Assembly: GCA_030704615.1 (NCBI GenBank)
Contig: CM060732.1
Coordinates: 15,810,001 to 15,874,000, forward strand
Length of the DNA: 64,000 nt
Direction of reading: 5' to 3'
Source of the DNA: Takakia lepidozioides
Lineage: Eukaryota; Plantae; Bryophyta
Below, piece by piece: positions 26,888 to 40,295 of the stretch (position 1 is the first letter of the stretch; each line of letters begins with the position of its first letter). Position numbers and translations under genes: made by a program. Below the pieces are notes generated by a model that was not told where the DNA came from, did not search any database, and was given only the letters and a program-made list of their open reading frames with translations.

Positions 26888-29800
26888 GGCATTTCTTCAA
26901 TTGTTACAGCCAAAACCTTTCTGTGGGTCTAGAATGAAGAGAGTGAGAGGAATGGAAGAAATCAGGGTGAAGAGCACCACAATCCTGCAGAAACAAACGA
27001 TTGCTACTCCACAGGCGGTAAAGTTACTGAAGGAGCTGCGATTGGAAGGATTGCAAAGCAAAGATTGGACATTGCACCATAGACAATACATGTTACAATT
27101 CTTGCAGAACTTTGAGCCTAGGACAGGAGCAACAACGGTGAAGGGAGTTGAATTAGAAATTACTCCCCTATACCTACAGCAATTGTTTCGATTGCCAGCA
27201 GGTCAGGTGCATGTGGAGGAGCACAGGGCAAGACTGCAAATAGGGGACTTATTCCAAGAAGGGAGTTTCTTTAAAACTCATGGTTATGCTTGTACGTTCT
27301 GTTTGCCATGAAACAGAACCAACAGTATTTGAGCAGATCCTTCACAGAGGAAATACTCAAAGCCCTGAGAGGAGAAGAGGTAGAATGGGCGGACATAATG
27401 TACAACGCACTGGTAGAGGAGATGAAAAGATTACAGGCACTGCCGCAAAGTCTCCTATCATAGTGTCTGGCCCAATCATTGCTCAAATAATTCTTGATTC
27501 TGGCATACTTGATGCTCGAGAAAGAAAGGAGATGAGAGTGTTTGAAACTGAAACCACTGCAATGGAAGAGCAAGGCTCTTCACACAGTGAGGGTGGACTG
27601 GCAGGGCAACCCCAGACTAAGAGACTGAGGCGGGGAAAGACTGTAGTGGCGGATCCACTGGCTTCACGGAAAACCGCATGATAATGTTTCCCAAGTTCTT
27701 GTGCAGGAAGGGGCACAGCAGCACAGAGAACTGCTATTATTGGAAGCGGGACCTTCAGAGAGGGAAGAGGAAGTTACTTCAGTATCACAGCCATCATAGC
27801 CAGATGATCGGCTTGTCACAGAGTTACCACAAGTTGTCCATGCAGTTCCACCAGAAATAATTGATTTGGAGAAAAAAGGGTTAGATATTCCCAGTACAGA
27901 ACAGGTGGTGGCAGAAATTGAGAAGGGGGACCTTCTCTATGAATATTCTGGTCTGGTCAAGGACACAGTGATTCCGGAGGTGCAACAATTGTACAGGGGA
28001 AACCCTGCGGTGCATATAATACACACACCTGTGACAGAGGTACCACAGGTAGAATGTCAAGACACTGCAGCACCGGTGACGAATGAAGTGGTTCAGGAAG
28101 AAAATCTGGTGGGGCAATGGCCTGAGTGGTTCGTGAGGCATCACACTGTTGAGGATCAGGGAGAACAGCAGCAAACTCACCATGATGACCCTCAACAGGC
28201 CATGCTTATGAGTTCCATAAGCAGGACACTTAATTTGTTGGGGACTTATGTCAAATCCCATGTTCCAACTTCCCAATTGGCAGCTTTGAGGGAGGAACTC
28301 AGGAAGGAGTTTGAGGCTCGACTTGCCACTGAGTGTGCAAACAAGGTCGATGAAGAGGTCACTCTCAAGATGCAGCAAGACTTAGAGAGTACAGAAGCGG
28401 CTTTGCAATTGGCCAAGGAACAATTGATTGAGGCAGGCCTCGCACAAGACCAGTTGCACGAAGCACATAAGCAACAGCTATACCAAATGCAGGTGAAGCA
28501 TGAAAGCAAGTTGCAAGAAGTGAATGCACTACATACGAAATTGCAGACAGTGCATGACATGATGGCCATACAATGTGCTACACTCACAACTATGCTTGAC
28601 CAAGCTACAATAGAAATAAACAGTCAAGCGAAAAGATGTACGAAGGCAGATGCAGAGAATGTTGAGCAAGTGAAACTCATTGTCGATATGAAGAATACAA
28701 TCTATCGCAATGAGAGTACTTTCAAGCAATACATGCAGGTTGAAGCTGACCAAGAGAGGTACATCCTTGAGTTGCAACAAACACTTATGTCCAATAAAAA
28801 TGAACTCTCTGTGGCTAACAAGGCTTGGAAGGAAGCCAATAATCTGGCTGCTGCCTATGCGAGTTTGGTTGAACCTCATGCAAAGCGCATGGAGGCTTTT
28901 AAGCAGCAGATAGATGTGTACAGGCTCACAGAGGAGCAGACTCTCAGGGGTGCCACAAGCAACTTGGTGGATAACCACCTTATGCAGGTCTGGTTAGCAC
29001 AAGGGCCAGTGGAGGGCAAAGCACCACGAAAGCTCACCCAAAGCGAGATGAATGAGCTCAGACTGCAAGTGCAGAACATTACCACAATTACTATAGACAA
29101 TGTCTATAGTAGGATAGCGGAGTTACAGGAGGATGTAGACGGCCTGCAGACTCAAGTTGAGGACATCACTTCAAATATCGACAAAAGAGTCTGTATACCT
29201 GAGGAACAGCTAATGGCTTCTTATTTACAAGCAAGAACTTTAGTTTTTCAGTCTTCTTCACAGGGGGTGCAGGAGATGCCAATGGTACAAGAGCCAATGC
29301 CACCAACACCACAACTAGTCACTGTGCCAGTAGCTGACCCTGTTGTTACTACAGCCACACCACAGCCAGCACAGCCTGAGGTATGTGGGAATGCTGCTTT
29401 TAACCCACCTAAAACTCCAGCCGCAAGGGAGTACAGTCAGACTATGATTATGCCCTTCAACCAAATTTTCATTGTGTTGGATTGGCTTGGAAAGAATTTA
29501 GTCCTCCGCAGTCATTGGCACATTACTATCAAATCATGCGCATTTGGCTGCCAGTGGCCACTAGGACTAAAGTTCTTCCGAACAATCGACCAATTGAGGA
29601 TCATCACTTTGCGCAGTACTGGCATGAGGCAAGTACCATGTTGAAGGAATTAATTGCCTTCCAAGTTGTACATGGATTCATTTATACCAAGACCAAAGAG
29701 ATAGCAAGTATTGTCATGGGCTGCGGGTTATACTACGCTGCTTGTTTTCTGGTACGTTATCACATTGAGCAACAAAAGATGCAAACGCGCTTTCTGAATT

Positions 29801-30513
29801 ATTCCAGTGGGGATCATTGGGTCTTACCTTCAGTGCCACCTCATATGTACCTATATGAGGCAAAAGTTATGATGCAAAAGGATTCTTAGATTCGTTCATG
29901 GTTTCATGCGGCCTGGAACAATTTGTCAACACAGAAATTCGGGCCTGACGATATTTTATTTAAGGGACATGAGGCATGGAAATATTTGCACAATTCACAA
30001 GTCATTGGTACACCACTCACCTGGATAGACAAGGAGCTCAGGGTCTTCACCAATTTTGCAATTCAGCGCTTACAACAAGTTTTACAATTTAAACTTCCAG
30101 ATATGGTGGGACAACATTGTATGCCCCAGAGAATTCCAGTTAAAGTTCGACAGTTAAAACACCTCAGGGGGGACGAGGATTCTGATACAACTGTTTCTTC
30201 AGCGGACTCTTTTGACATGGCAGAGGACTATGCAATTCAGATGGCAAAGAAGAAGCGAAGGGGGTCTCATATGCCTGAAAGATTACCTCGATATCAGCCT
30301 CCAGAGGGACTGACATATCCAGGTAGTGTTCAATCATCTCCCTCAACACATCCCGTCATAGCCACACAGCCAGTCACAGCCCGACACAGCCCGACACAGC
30401 CCAACACAGTCGCACAGCCAGTCACAGCCCGACACAGCCGGTCACAGCCCGTCATAGTTTCACACAGCCAGTCACAGCTTGACACAGCTGTCACGACCAT
30501 AGGGAACGGATAG
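26888..30513 (+). pseudogene. Extra 3' ORF(s) of the gypsy element: Athila env-like-type motif followed by a long coiled-coil; broken by stops and frameshifts
   Basis: YMLQFLQNF...TTVKGVELEITPLYLQQLFRLP resembles the FY..VRG..I.....LP motif of Athila/Tat extra ORFs. The 592-aa ORF 27866-29644 is rich in Q/E/L heptads. Further ORFs at 29482-29889 and 29923-30513. Confidence 0.55.
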
Positions 30514-31153
30514 CAGGACAGGGAACGACTGTGGGGAACAACATCTGCGAATGGAACATGTTAGTTCACGGATGACGATTAGTGAGGGAAACGGTTAGAA
30601 CAACGGGTAGGAAGATAAAGCCAGGAGCAAAGACTGGAAAATGATCAATTCTGGGGGAGCACTTCTTGGGGGGGACTTCGGACATCACTGGGGAAAATGA
30701 GGCAGAGAGCGCATCTCTGAGCAGAAAGAGGGAGAGCACGAAGTAGGAGGAGGACGATCTATTGATGCTTGATGAATGCAAGCAGTAGAGTTGTAATGTA
30801 CAGCAGATTAGAGACTCCATGGCTTCAGCCTGATACTTGATAGATATTAATCTGATACATACTTCATACTCACACTGTGTAGAGAGATCTGAGTGAAGCT
30901 GTGGAATGAATGGATGAGTTGATGGAATCCGATAGATTGCTGAAGCAAACTGATACTTAATTACCAACAGTAAGGTAACTAGCTAACATGAATACGAGAA
31001 GGAAAACAAATAGGAAACACCCCCATGATACACTAGCTGTAGGTCATGACTGATTGTTCTGAGCGGGTTGAGTGCTTAGAGATTTCCAACTCTTCTATCT
31101 TGGAGTTTCCGCCTCGGATAGCGAAGGGATGGGTGAGTAAAAGCCGCGCGACA
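30489..31153 (+). repeat. Probable 3' LTR of the gypsy element (left boundary uncertain)
   Basis: Ends in CA; closely similar by eye to the reverse complement of 63061-63720; candidate start tgtcacg at 30489. Confidence 0.7.
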
Positions 31154-32008
31154 GCAAGAGATTTGGGTTACAGGTGGGTGATGCCGCCATACCAGCACTT
31201 ATGAAGAGATCAGGCCTTATCAGGCCTTGGAGTACACATCTGTCGTGTGGGTTGGCCAACTCCAATCATGCTAAAACTTTAGAATCCATTCAGCTTTTGG
31301 TGCTCAAAGAGAGCATGTCAGCGCGTGCACCATAAGATGTCAAAGAAGGAAACCTTTGTAGAAGGAAGGTGTCGTTCTAGGACAGAGGTTTCCTTAGAGG
31401 TTTCTTTCTTTTTTCCTTCCTTGAATAGGCCAGCTCAGGGACATGGTTGACACAGCCCCCAGGAAGCCTGCCTCACCTTCATGGAAAACACTTCCAGACT
31501 CCAAATCAACCTCAAGATGGGTGTTTATTATCCTACAGAACAGCTTGCAAACTGTGGTAAGAAGTGTAATGCTACGGTAGTTCCTAGGCTATCATCTGTC
31601 ACCTCAGATTGACACTGACACCCTCTCTCCAGCGAAAGGGTATCATTTCAGTCTTCCAAATAAGGTCCCAGAGGAGTGCAAGGGCATCTACCATATGATC
31701 ACACCAGGCTTGACAATCGTATCAGACACACCAACTTTATAGCCCTTTAGATGTTCTATTGCTTCAGCAATCTCAGAAGAACTAACGGGCACGTTGTACC
31801 TCTTTGTGATGCACTCCAGTTTTTCAGGGTTGTCTTGGATTGTAGACAGTCATTTCCACTGTACCCTTCCATTCTTTAGAAGACTCCTCACTGTTATAGG
31901 TAGGTCTGACTGACAGGGTCTTCTTGCATAGGCCTTGGGCTTGCTTACCCACTAGGTTTGCCATCCCTAGTAGTATGGTGGTATTGTTTCTCATGTTTAT
32001 GTTGAGCA

Positions 32009-32655
32009 ATGTGTGCAGAGTTCAGTAAAAAAAGGAAGGGAATTGTAGGGAAGGATGCGAACGAGCATAAGTCTCTTACTCCAGCAAAGTGTGCACCAAC
32101 TATTGCGCCAACTGCTGTGATGAGTGGCGCGGTTGTTCCAACTTACGAAAAACCAGCCCCGCCCACTCCACAGACTGACGTTCCAGCTCCTTTGTATCCA
32201 CCAGTATCGGCTCCTCCCTCGTATCCGCTTATGTACCCGCAGTATCCTGCCATGTCAGGGTATAATCTGCATGGGCACATGCCGTATCCTCACTATCAAC
32301 CTGCAAACAATGATCCTCAGTGCCAGAATTACAATTCTTTTGCTCCACCTGCAGGCGCTCCAATGCATGATCCTAGTCAAGGTGGGTATTCCATTACCAC
32401 CATTATGGAATGCATCCCCATAGTATGTATCCTCCTCGGCCTATGTACAACCAACCTACTTCCTCCCTCTATCCTACCAGCCCTGCAAGACCACACCAGG
32501 GGCAGGTCCAGTATGGTGGCCACCAACCTTCAGGATCCAACTACAGTGGAGTACAACAGCCGGCACCTTCGAGCTTCACTGCACCGCGGCCACCTCTTTA
32601 TCCAACATCTCCAGGTACACCTAATACCCTGAAAGGGAAAGGCATTCTGAAATAG
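32009..32655 (+). pseudogene. Pro/Tyr-rich low-complexity coding fragment with a frameshift; function unknown
   Basis: Overlapping ORFs 32009-32632 and 32410-32655 share the same P/Y/Q-rich composition. Confidence 0.35.
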
Positions 32656-33508
32656 ACCGAGGATGCATTTGCTCCGCATCATCCTGTGGGGTGGGAGACA
32701 ACAGTCCAGCCCCAACAGAGTGAAGGTGGTAACATGCAAGGTACTGCTGAAACCTTGCAGGATTCCAGCCTTACTCCTGGGGGGACATCAGGTGTGACTC
32801 CTATAGAACTCAAAAATACTTTAAGGAGGGAAAGAAGGGCACTTGCAAAAGATCTGAGGGACTAGGCTGCTCAGAATGTGGCTGTAGGGAGGAGGAAATC
32901 TGCTGGACAGATGAAATGCAACCACGGCATGACGGCGACGCCAAGCGTGGTTCTGATGGGATATCAGTCTGGTCTGCTGGACTGTTGGTCTGTAAGGATA
33001 CAAGTCTGGTGTGGCGTGAGTCTGTTCTTCAGTGGACTACTGGGCCGTCACTGCCTGCAGAATTCCGAAGTGTCTTCTCTCGTCTTATCCCCGAAGTCTC
33101 TTCTCTTGTCAGTCTGTTGAACCGTTGGTCAGCTGGAAATCCGTCTCTTCGGATATGAGTCCGTTTAACTACTACATTTTAATTATCCGCATTGTCGTGA
33201 GTCTGCTGAGCCGTCGGACTGCTGGTCTGTCCGTCTCTTCTGATATCAGTCAGTTGGACTGTCACAAAGTCAGTCTACTGTGGCGCAAGTCTGTTTGCGC
33301 TAGGTCTGTTGAGCCGTGATTATTATCACGTGTAAGTCTGTTGGACGCGGCAAAAATTATCAAGCGAGGTCCCCTCACAGGTGGAGATCCAGGCTGTCGG
33401 ATCTGTGAAGGAGTGATAAAGACACTTAAGTAAATCAAGAAAAGAAGAATCCCATGAACAGATAAGGAACTCAATGACCTCAGAATCCCAATACATTCTC
33501 AAAACTAG

Positions 33509-34335
33509 TCACTTTAATATCCCATGTTCCACTTCCAGGGCCTCTAGGTACTTTAGATGTGCATCCCATTCCTCCTTGTTCTTAGGCCATGGAAAGTCCC
33601 AGCGATTAATGAATTTCACTCTAGCATCCTGAAAGTAGATATCCTTAGGTATTCCAAAAGGGTTCTGCTCATTGAAGGCCCAAGTGTCCATTTTTGAATG
33701 CCTCAACTTCTCCAGGTGGGGCTTTAGATGACCCATCATAAAATCATCCTTGTATGGATCTACAAGTGCTTCGTATTTAGGTAGGAAGATGACCAGGCTC
33801 AAAGGATTGAGGAAAGACTTGTACATGTTCCCAACAACGTCGATAAGCAAGGTGTTAGACATGTAGGCTTTAGAGCCGGGGTCTACGAACAAGTCGTAAA
33901 GTCGTTTGAAGTAGATTGGGGCCTTAGGTAGCGTAGGCCAATATGTGTTGAAAGTAATCTATGTTCCACACATTGGTCGGAACTGTAATGCATGACCTTG
34001 TGGGCGTTCCTCCCGAACAAGGCTAATTTGAAATCCACGACAGTCTCTTCTCTGCCAGTGTTCCATAAGATGACCCAAAACTTCTTGATGACCCATTTGA
34101 GGAAGTCTCCCACCTCATGTCGCATTGCTAACTTAAATCTTCCAGCGGAGATACAAGGCTGCGTTGCGGGAGGGGTTTTTGGCCCATTCTGGAGGTAGAC
34201 CTCACATAGGAACCCGACATCCAGAACCAGGACATAATATCCGGGCTGACATCCATTTGGACCCATTGGAAGAGCAAAGAAATCCGCGGGATTGATAGCT
34301 TGGGAATAGTCGTGTGGTGGATAGATCATATCATC
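33509..34335 (-). pseudogene. FCP1/NIF (HAD-fold CTD-phosphatase-like) domain; probably the last exon of reconstructed gene B
   Basis: VLVLDVGFL...RHEVGDFLKWVIKKFWVILWN...DQC...SNTLLID...KSFLNP...DDFMMGHLKPHLEKL follows the NIF motif order. The DxDxT motif is degenerate, and there is one frameshift near 33890. Confidence 0.72.
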
Positions 34336-34422
34336 CTGCCCATTAGGAAATAATTATTAATTCATTGGAAGTTTTTCGCAATGGAATGCAGAAAGGAAAG
34401 CAGAAGGCGGAGAATGAAGTAC

Positions 34423-35287
34423 CAGCTTTGGCGGCACTTGCTCCAAGCCGGATGAGGTTTCGCCGCCAATTCCCTCGGCGATGGGTCTTTCGCTGTCCGG
34501 TATGTTTTTGTCGACCCCTCCCATAAGTAACCTCGCGCGATCGCCCGCGGTTTCTGAAGCTGCCACCTCGGGCAAAGATATCCTCACTCTCAAGTCGTAT
34601 TGTTTCTTCATGGTACGCTGTTGCATGTCGTTTGTTCTAGTATGTGTCACTTCCTCCGTATTGGACTCACGGATCTACAGAAAATGCGGGTGATTAGACT
34701 TCTGTATAAATTTCGATTCATTTACGAGACTATCACAGAGCAATAGGTTATTAGTTCCATTGGTAAAAGATTCTGATGTTATATCAAGTTTGTAATAAAT
34801 TGGGTTTTACAAGTATCAGGACAGCTCATAATCTGAAATACTCACGTCAACAGAGTTTTGATCGCCGACCAATGCCTTAGATGCCTGACCATCAACGATG
34901 TCTCTAACTCGTTGGCTTAAACCTTGATATGGTGACATCCGTAATCGCATATCCCCCTCCACAAGACTGAATCCCACCCCTGAGTCTATTTCTGAAATCT
35001 CCTTATCGAAGACGTCTCTAGAATCAGCGTTATCCTTTACATTGTCTCCCCCCACTTCTTCAGTGGAGGAAGACAACACAGTTGTCTCGGGATTGTCTCC
35101 TTCACCGGTATTTGTCTGGGCCCGTGGATGGTGGTTTTCTTCTGGTACTACCCTCCCTGCTTGTTCAGCTGGTGGATTTCTGCCTTGCTCACTTTGTTCT
35201 GTCTCCTCTTGCAAGAAATTGTTGACGGCATCATCGTGTTGGTAGTCGCTCTTGTCTTCCTCACCTCCCTCTTCTTCATTTTTGTCC
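34423..35287 (-). pseudogene. Acidic linker exons of gene B, displaced by the 19.5-kb insertion
   Basis: Same frame as the NIF ORF. Phase-0 GT-AG introns 34845-34675 and 34422-34336 remove every intervening stop. Contains the element-B palindrome at ~34533. Confidence 0.68.
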
Positions 35288-35856
35288 CAACGACGCAATG
35301 GCGTGAGCCTTGCGCGTGAGCGTACGCTCACGCAGGAGTGACGTGGCGTGAGCATGATGTCTGCAGGCTGATATGGCGACAAATGCTGACGTGGCACTGC
35401 ACCGTCATCTGCCACGTCAGCATGAACATCATGCGCCGCCTATAACCAAGGATGGTCCTATGACCGTGGGATTAATGCAGAGAATCCTTGGCTGAATGCA
35501 ATCAAGACTACCACGAGATCTACAATTGTAGCATCCATAGAGGCTGCCATAGGAAGACCTTGCTCCCTCCCCAAATAACAATGAGAGTTAGGATCATCTT
35601 CAAAAGATGATTGCAGTGCATAGCGACAAGAAAACATGTAGACTTCGAAAGGTGCAATGATGCATGTGCTTTTAAAAGTTGTCACTCAGAGCTCACTCAC
35701 TATAGTTGGAAGCATAATGGAGGGATAAGGGACGCCATATCATTGCACCGCCGATGATGTTGTAAACGAATTGATTTGAATTGAATTTCCATGACAATGT
35801 TGCAAATTGCACATTTCATAGCATGGTCGTCCACATACCACATTGCATAGTTGATG

Positions 35857-38800
35857 CTACCTATGTGTTGTATCCCGCTGCAATAAAGTATCGACCTCGT
35901 TGATACTCAGAGTGGCCTGGTGAACGAAGTTGTCACGTTTGGGATCGCAAACCATCATCTTCAAAAATATGAAATACAAATGTTTGCAAGGTATGAATTT
36001 ACCTCTCTTGCCCAAACTGGTTGATAACATATTCACAAAATCAGGACATGTGCAATTGGGGAAATTGGAAACCGTGATGTCGTAGGCCCTGTCATGAACA
36101 ACAGATGTCGAAGTGATCATTGTGTACACCCGACCATATCCTGGATCGAGCACTTCCGTGGTGCTTGCAACATGAGCTTGGAGCATTCTTGCGGACTCCA
36201 CTTTGCCGAAGTGTTTAGCGGTTGGAGGGAAACGCGGAACCAGCTTTCCATCTCGTTTGGTTGGCCACAAGTGAGGATTTGCCGGAGGGTCCCGAGAGGA
36301 CGCAGAAGTAGAAGCACATGCATGCAGTTGGGGTTGTCTCGCAAGGGAAAAGCCTGCCTCCTCCAGCATTGCAATCTCCTGACTTGTGAGATGTGTTCCC
36401 ACCTTGACGGGCCAAACGGTTGGAGGAGCTGGCTTCATCACCATGGAAGGACGCACAGTTCCATGCACACATCTACCACAATTGTCTTCGCAGAACCAGA
36501 ACTTGTGGTTCTTGGCTTCTGGTTGGCCGTATGGACGCATCAAACCCGTGAAAGTCGGAGCAGGAGTCCGGGCACCGCCTCTGGATATAGATGAAGTGCA
36601 CTTCTCGAAATTAGTTGCTCTGATCGCTGTACATTTCACACGAGACCCTGCACTGGTGCGTTCTATGTGCCAAACGTGGTCGGGGCATGCGGACTCCAGC
36701 ACATCAAGGGGGTAGTTTCTCTCTTGCACCATTTCAGTGGCACTGTTTGATGCTGGAGCCTGCCGTCGTGTCGGAGGTTCCTCCAGAATGGAGGTTCCGG
36801 ACATGGATCTGTCATGCAGGGGAATACGAGGCTTTGAGAAGTTATCACGGTCTGCCCTGTGCGAATCGGAATCCGAACCAAGTGGGGTGTTCAATTTCCT
36901 CTTACAGGAGCCGAATCTCTCCTCCCCTTTAAGATGTGGAACTCTAGAAACAAGTGGCGTTCCCTGGGCATACATGCTTACCGCCCGTGCTATCTTGCTT
37001 GGATCCCCATATCTGTTTGCAGCACGCAACATCAACTCCAGTTTGTCCGGACCCTTGCCACCAACCCCACCTCGCAAAAAATCACGGTATCTGGTTTGTT
37101 GTTGCAAGGCACGTATCAGATCATCTGTTGTTGCCACATACAAATCCCGACCTCATTTCCCAGACTGTTGCAACCATACATTGTGCACAGTTTCTGCCAA
37201 ATTGCAAGATGGCATGTCCGCCATTTCTTCAATGGACATGTTCTGCAAAGTGGAGAACCACACTTCAAAACAGTGCACAGGGAATAACATAAAGAAAGCA
37301 AGGAGAGCAAAATTTGGAAAGTAAATGTATGAATAAAGCAAGCAATAGAAGCCTCACACCATTGTCATGGCTGCTCCCCACTGTCTGTACCGGAAGTGCC
37401 AAAATGCCAGCCAATCTTCCAATGCTCTCATACTCTCAAGCGATGCAGCTCCAGAAGAGAACCACCAGGCACGAATTGTCTGGAACAAAGTGTCCGCCTC
37501 CTTCATTGTTCTAGCATCTTTGTACTCTTTGCACAATTTACGGTGTTGTGTCTGCATCTCTGGTTTGATGTCCGACTTTGTATGTTTCTCCAGAGATTGT
37601 GTCCAATGGAATAGACATGTATGCTCTCTTCCCGACATTGACACTTTTGGGTCGCATGATCCGAAGACAATTCGAACAACATTGAAATTCGCCTGACCAT
37701 TATCTGCCATGAAACCAACAAAATTTGGAGATGGCACCCCATGGCAGCCCATATCAGGGAATTCCACATGAGCTTCTGGGATCTGTATCCTCGGATTGCA
37801 TGTCACAAACTGCAATTGTCATAACTCGTTGGTACACTGGATTGTAGACATGACAAGCCATTGTCGTCCAATCTTTCACTCATTTCACATGATCAAACAT
37901 AAGAAAACAGTTCTGCAGGTCCCCAGTCTTCTCCATCCGCTTCACGAGGCTAACCCCATTGCACTCCCCAGCAGTCGACATTTTGAAAAGAAATACTTTG
38001 ATGGCACCTTGACTTGGAAAAACATTGTCCTGGATGTAGTCATACTTGCTCAGTCGTTTCAATTCCAAAATGTTGTCTATGTAGCCTCTGATCCCAGAGC
38101 CCATTCTCAATGCATTGATTTGATGCTGAATGTTAGGTGAACTCAAAGTGGAGAAATGATCCATGACAATGTCCAATGATGCACCGTCAAGTTTAGTCCC
38201 CACAGAATCCCCTTCACTCAAAATATGGCTTTCCAAGAAGGACTTGCTTGCGCCCAGAGCAATTGCAGATGTTGTTGCGGATGGGTTTATCTCGTACTCC
38301 TGTTTAATCAACCTCCGCACAGCGCCAGGTAGGATGGTACAAGTTTGCAGAATTTGCAAACGAAAGTGGTTGCCGGTGGAGGAGCAGTCCCAGGCTTAAA
38401 TGGATTTTCCGCGACACCCTCCCACTCGCTTTGATTATGAACCCCAGACTGAAGAAAGTGTTTGCAATTGAAATTATTATACCTAAGGTGTCCATTGCAA
38501 ACTGTTCTCCTGAAAACAAGCTTGTCCTCATTTTGAATATAGGATGTTTTTGTTCTGCACCATGGGTGCCCGTCGTGTTTCTTGTCCATTCCGTGCATCA
38601 TGCTTGTAATACCTCCAACTCGCGGAGGAGGAGGCAGCTCGAATAGGATATCCCCATCAAAAGTCTCTGGCAGGAACTTCACAGGCACCTACTTCAAAGA
38701 TTCCCAATCAATTCCCCGCAACTCACTTTTGAAACCTGCCATTCCTCCCATCGCCCGTAGTTTTGGAATGACACTACAAATCTCTTCTTCATCCGCTTCC

Positions 38801-39209
38801 ACAACTACAATACAAAGGACTGGAGTTGGAATTTCACTATTGGAGTGGAGGACGTCTGTTCTTTTTTCACCAACACCTCTCTTTTGTCTTCAACGACTGA
38901 AGCAGCAGTCCCGGGCGTCACATATGATCCAAGGGACTTTCGCCGAGGCTCTCCAAGTACTCTGTATCTACCAGGGCGCACTCTCCACTGGCTCACATGA
39001 GCCGTCTCATCACGGTTTTGGAAAGAGTATTTCAATAACTTCCCGTCCAAATCGTACACCTCTTTCTCCAAGAAGATGGAGCCATTCTGAAGCTCAAACC
39101 GGGTAGCCAAGAAATGTTCCGGAACAATTGCGAATCCATTGTCAAGGGCTTCTTTGGAGAAAGGCACTGGTTTGTCGTCAGAAAAAAACTCTGCTTCGGA
39201 GGAAGCCAT
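35857..39209 (-). pseudogene. MULE/MuDR-like DDE transposase with Cys-rich N-terminal domain and C-terminal SWIM finger; decayed
   Basis: FLMFDHVK*VKDWTTMACHVY...FMADNGQANF...CLFHW (MULE D..D and CxxH motifs); SWIM finger CTCPDF...PCKHLY; N-terminal DGHPW...C.GHL...CKFC. Stops at 37880 and 37153 plus frameshifts. Confidence 0.8.
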
Positions 39210-40295
39210 GTTACGTCCCCGAGCGGGGGGTTCTCTTTCATGAGCTGCTCCTTCGCGAAATCAGATGATTCAGCTTTGCACCACACTGGATGCACATGAA
39301 ATGAGGCGGAAGCACCCGTTCCTTGAAGATTGTGCATATTCTGATATTCCATCTAATCACCTGTGAAGTTACGGAGGACGGTTCCTGGCAAACCGCCGTC
39401 AAATTAACGTATGTGACCAGCAGTCTGCATTGTCTTCTGAGCAATGCTGACAGATGATCCATCAAGTTCTGGGGGTCGCCCCAAAACAATAAAAACCCGC
39501 CGACTTCCTTGAAGACAGCCTGAGGATCCCATGTAGGGATGATGGGAAGAGAATTGAAGTACTTAGATCATTTGTCAGGCCATGACTAGATTCATTATGT
39601 CTGATCATGTTGATGCTTTCAAAATTATGCATGAAATGGCCTAGAACTCTCCACGTACGCATATTCCGTGAAATCCTTAGTAGGCCTCATGCTAAGTACT
39701 TTGAGAATCCTCATCCATGACGATGAACGGTGATATTAATGAAGTCGTCACAAAAAAGACACATGTCCATTTTATGTTTGCACACGCCAACATCCCAAAA
39801 CAGCAGCATAAAGGAACAGCTGTCCCAGTTAGGTTACGTTATTTTCACTAAAAACGTACATTCAAGTATCGGACACGCAAGAGGGAATCCAACGGTTCCA
39901 GGGACACTCCCAAAACGACGGAACCAGTGTTGGGAGGGTATATTGATTCTTTCTACCCTCAGGGTAAGGGTATACATGATTTTGGGGGTCAAACTTATCC
40001 TCAGGGTAAGGGTATAATCTATTTTTTGAAAACATTTACCCTCAGGGTAAGGGTATTGGGTGCCACATATACCATGAGGGTAAGGGTAATTGCACGGTAA
40101 TGGTATCATTTTTATATCCTCTGGATATCCCAGGGTAATTATAAAGGGTACTAAATTAATTTAATTTATGAATTAATTACTTAGAATAAAGCATTTCAAC
40201 CTGCAGCTTTTGAACCTGCAGCTGTGCATTAGCCATCAGCCAACAATAGCCATCTCAGTAGATCAGCGGAAACCATCTCAAACAAAAGACATTGT

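Larger units (their letters stand above)
22991..31153 (+). mobile_element. 5'-truncated non-chromovirus Ty3/gypsy (Phygy-like) element with a long 3' extra-ORF region
   Basis: The pol starts abruptly at ~22991 with no gag, PBS or 5' LTR. The element ends in ...aagccgcgcgaca (31153), whose reverse complement recurs at 63061. Confidence 0.85.

Noticed and set aside
31154-32000. Decayed minus-strand coding sequence
   Set aside because: Too degenerate to assign a product or boundaries.
32855-33391. Solo or 5' LTR (tgaggg...ccctca) with a tRNA-Ala-like PBS and gtctg(c/t)tg repeats
   Set aside because: No TSD, no partner LTR and no gag downstream; it may be real but cannot be supported here.
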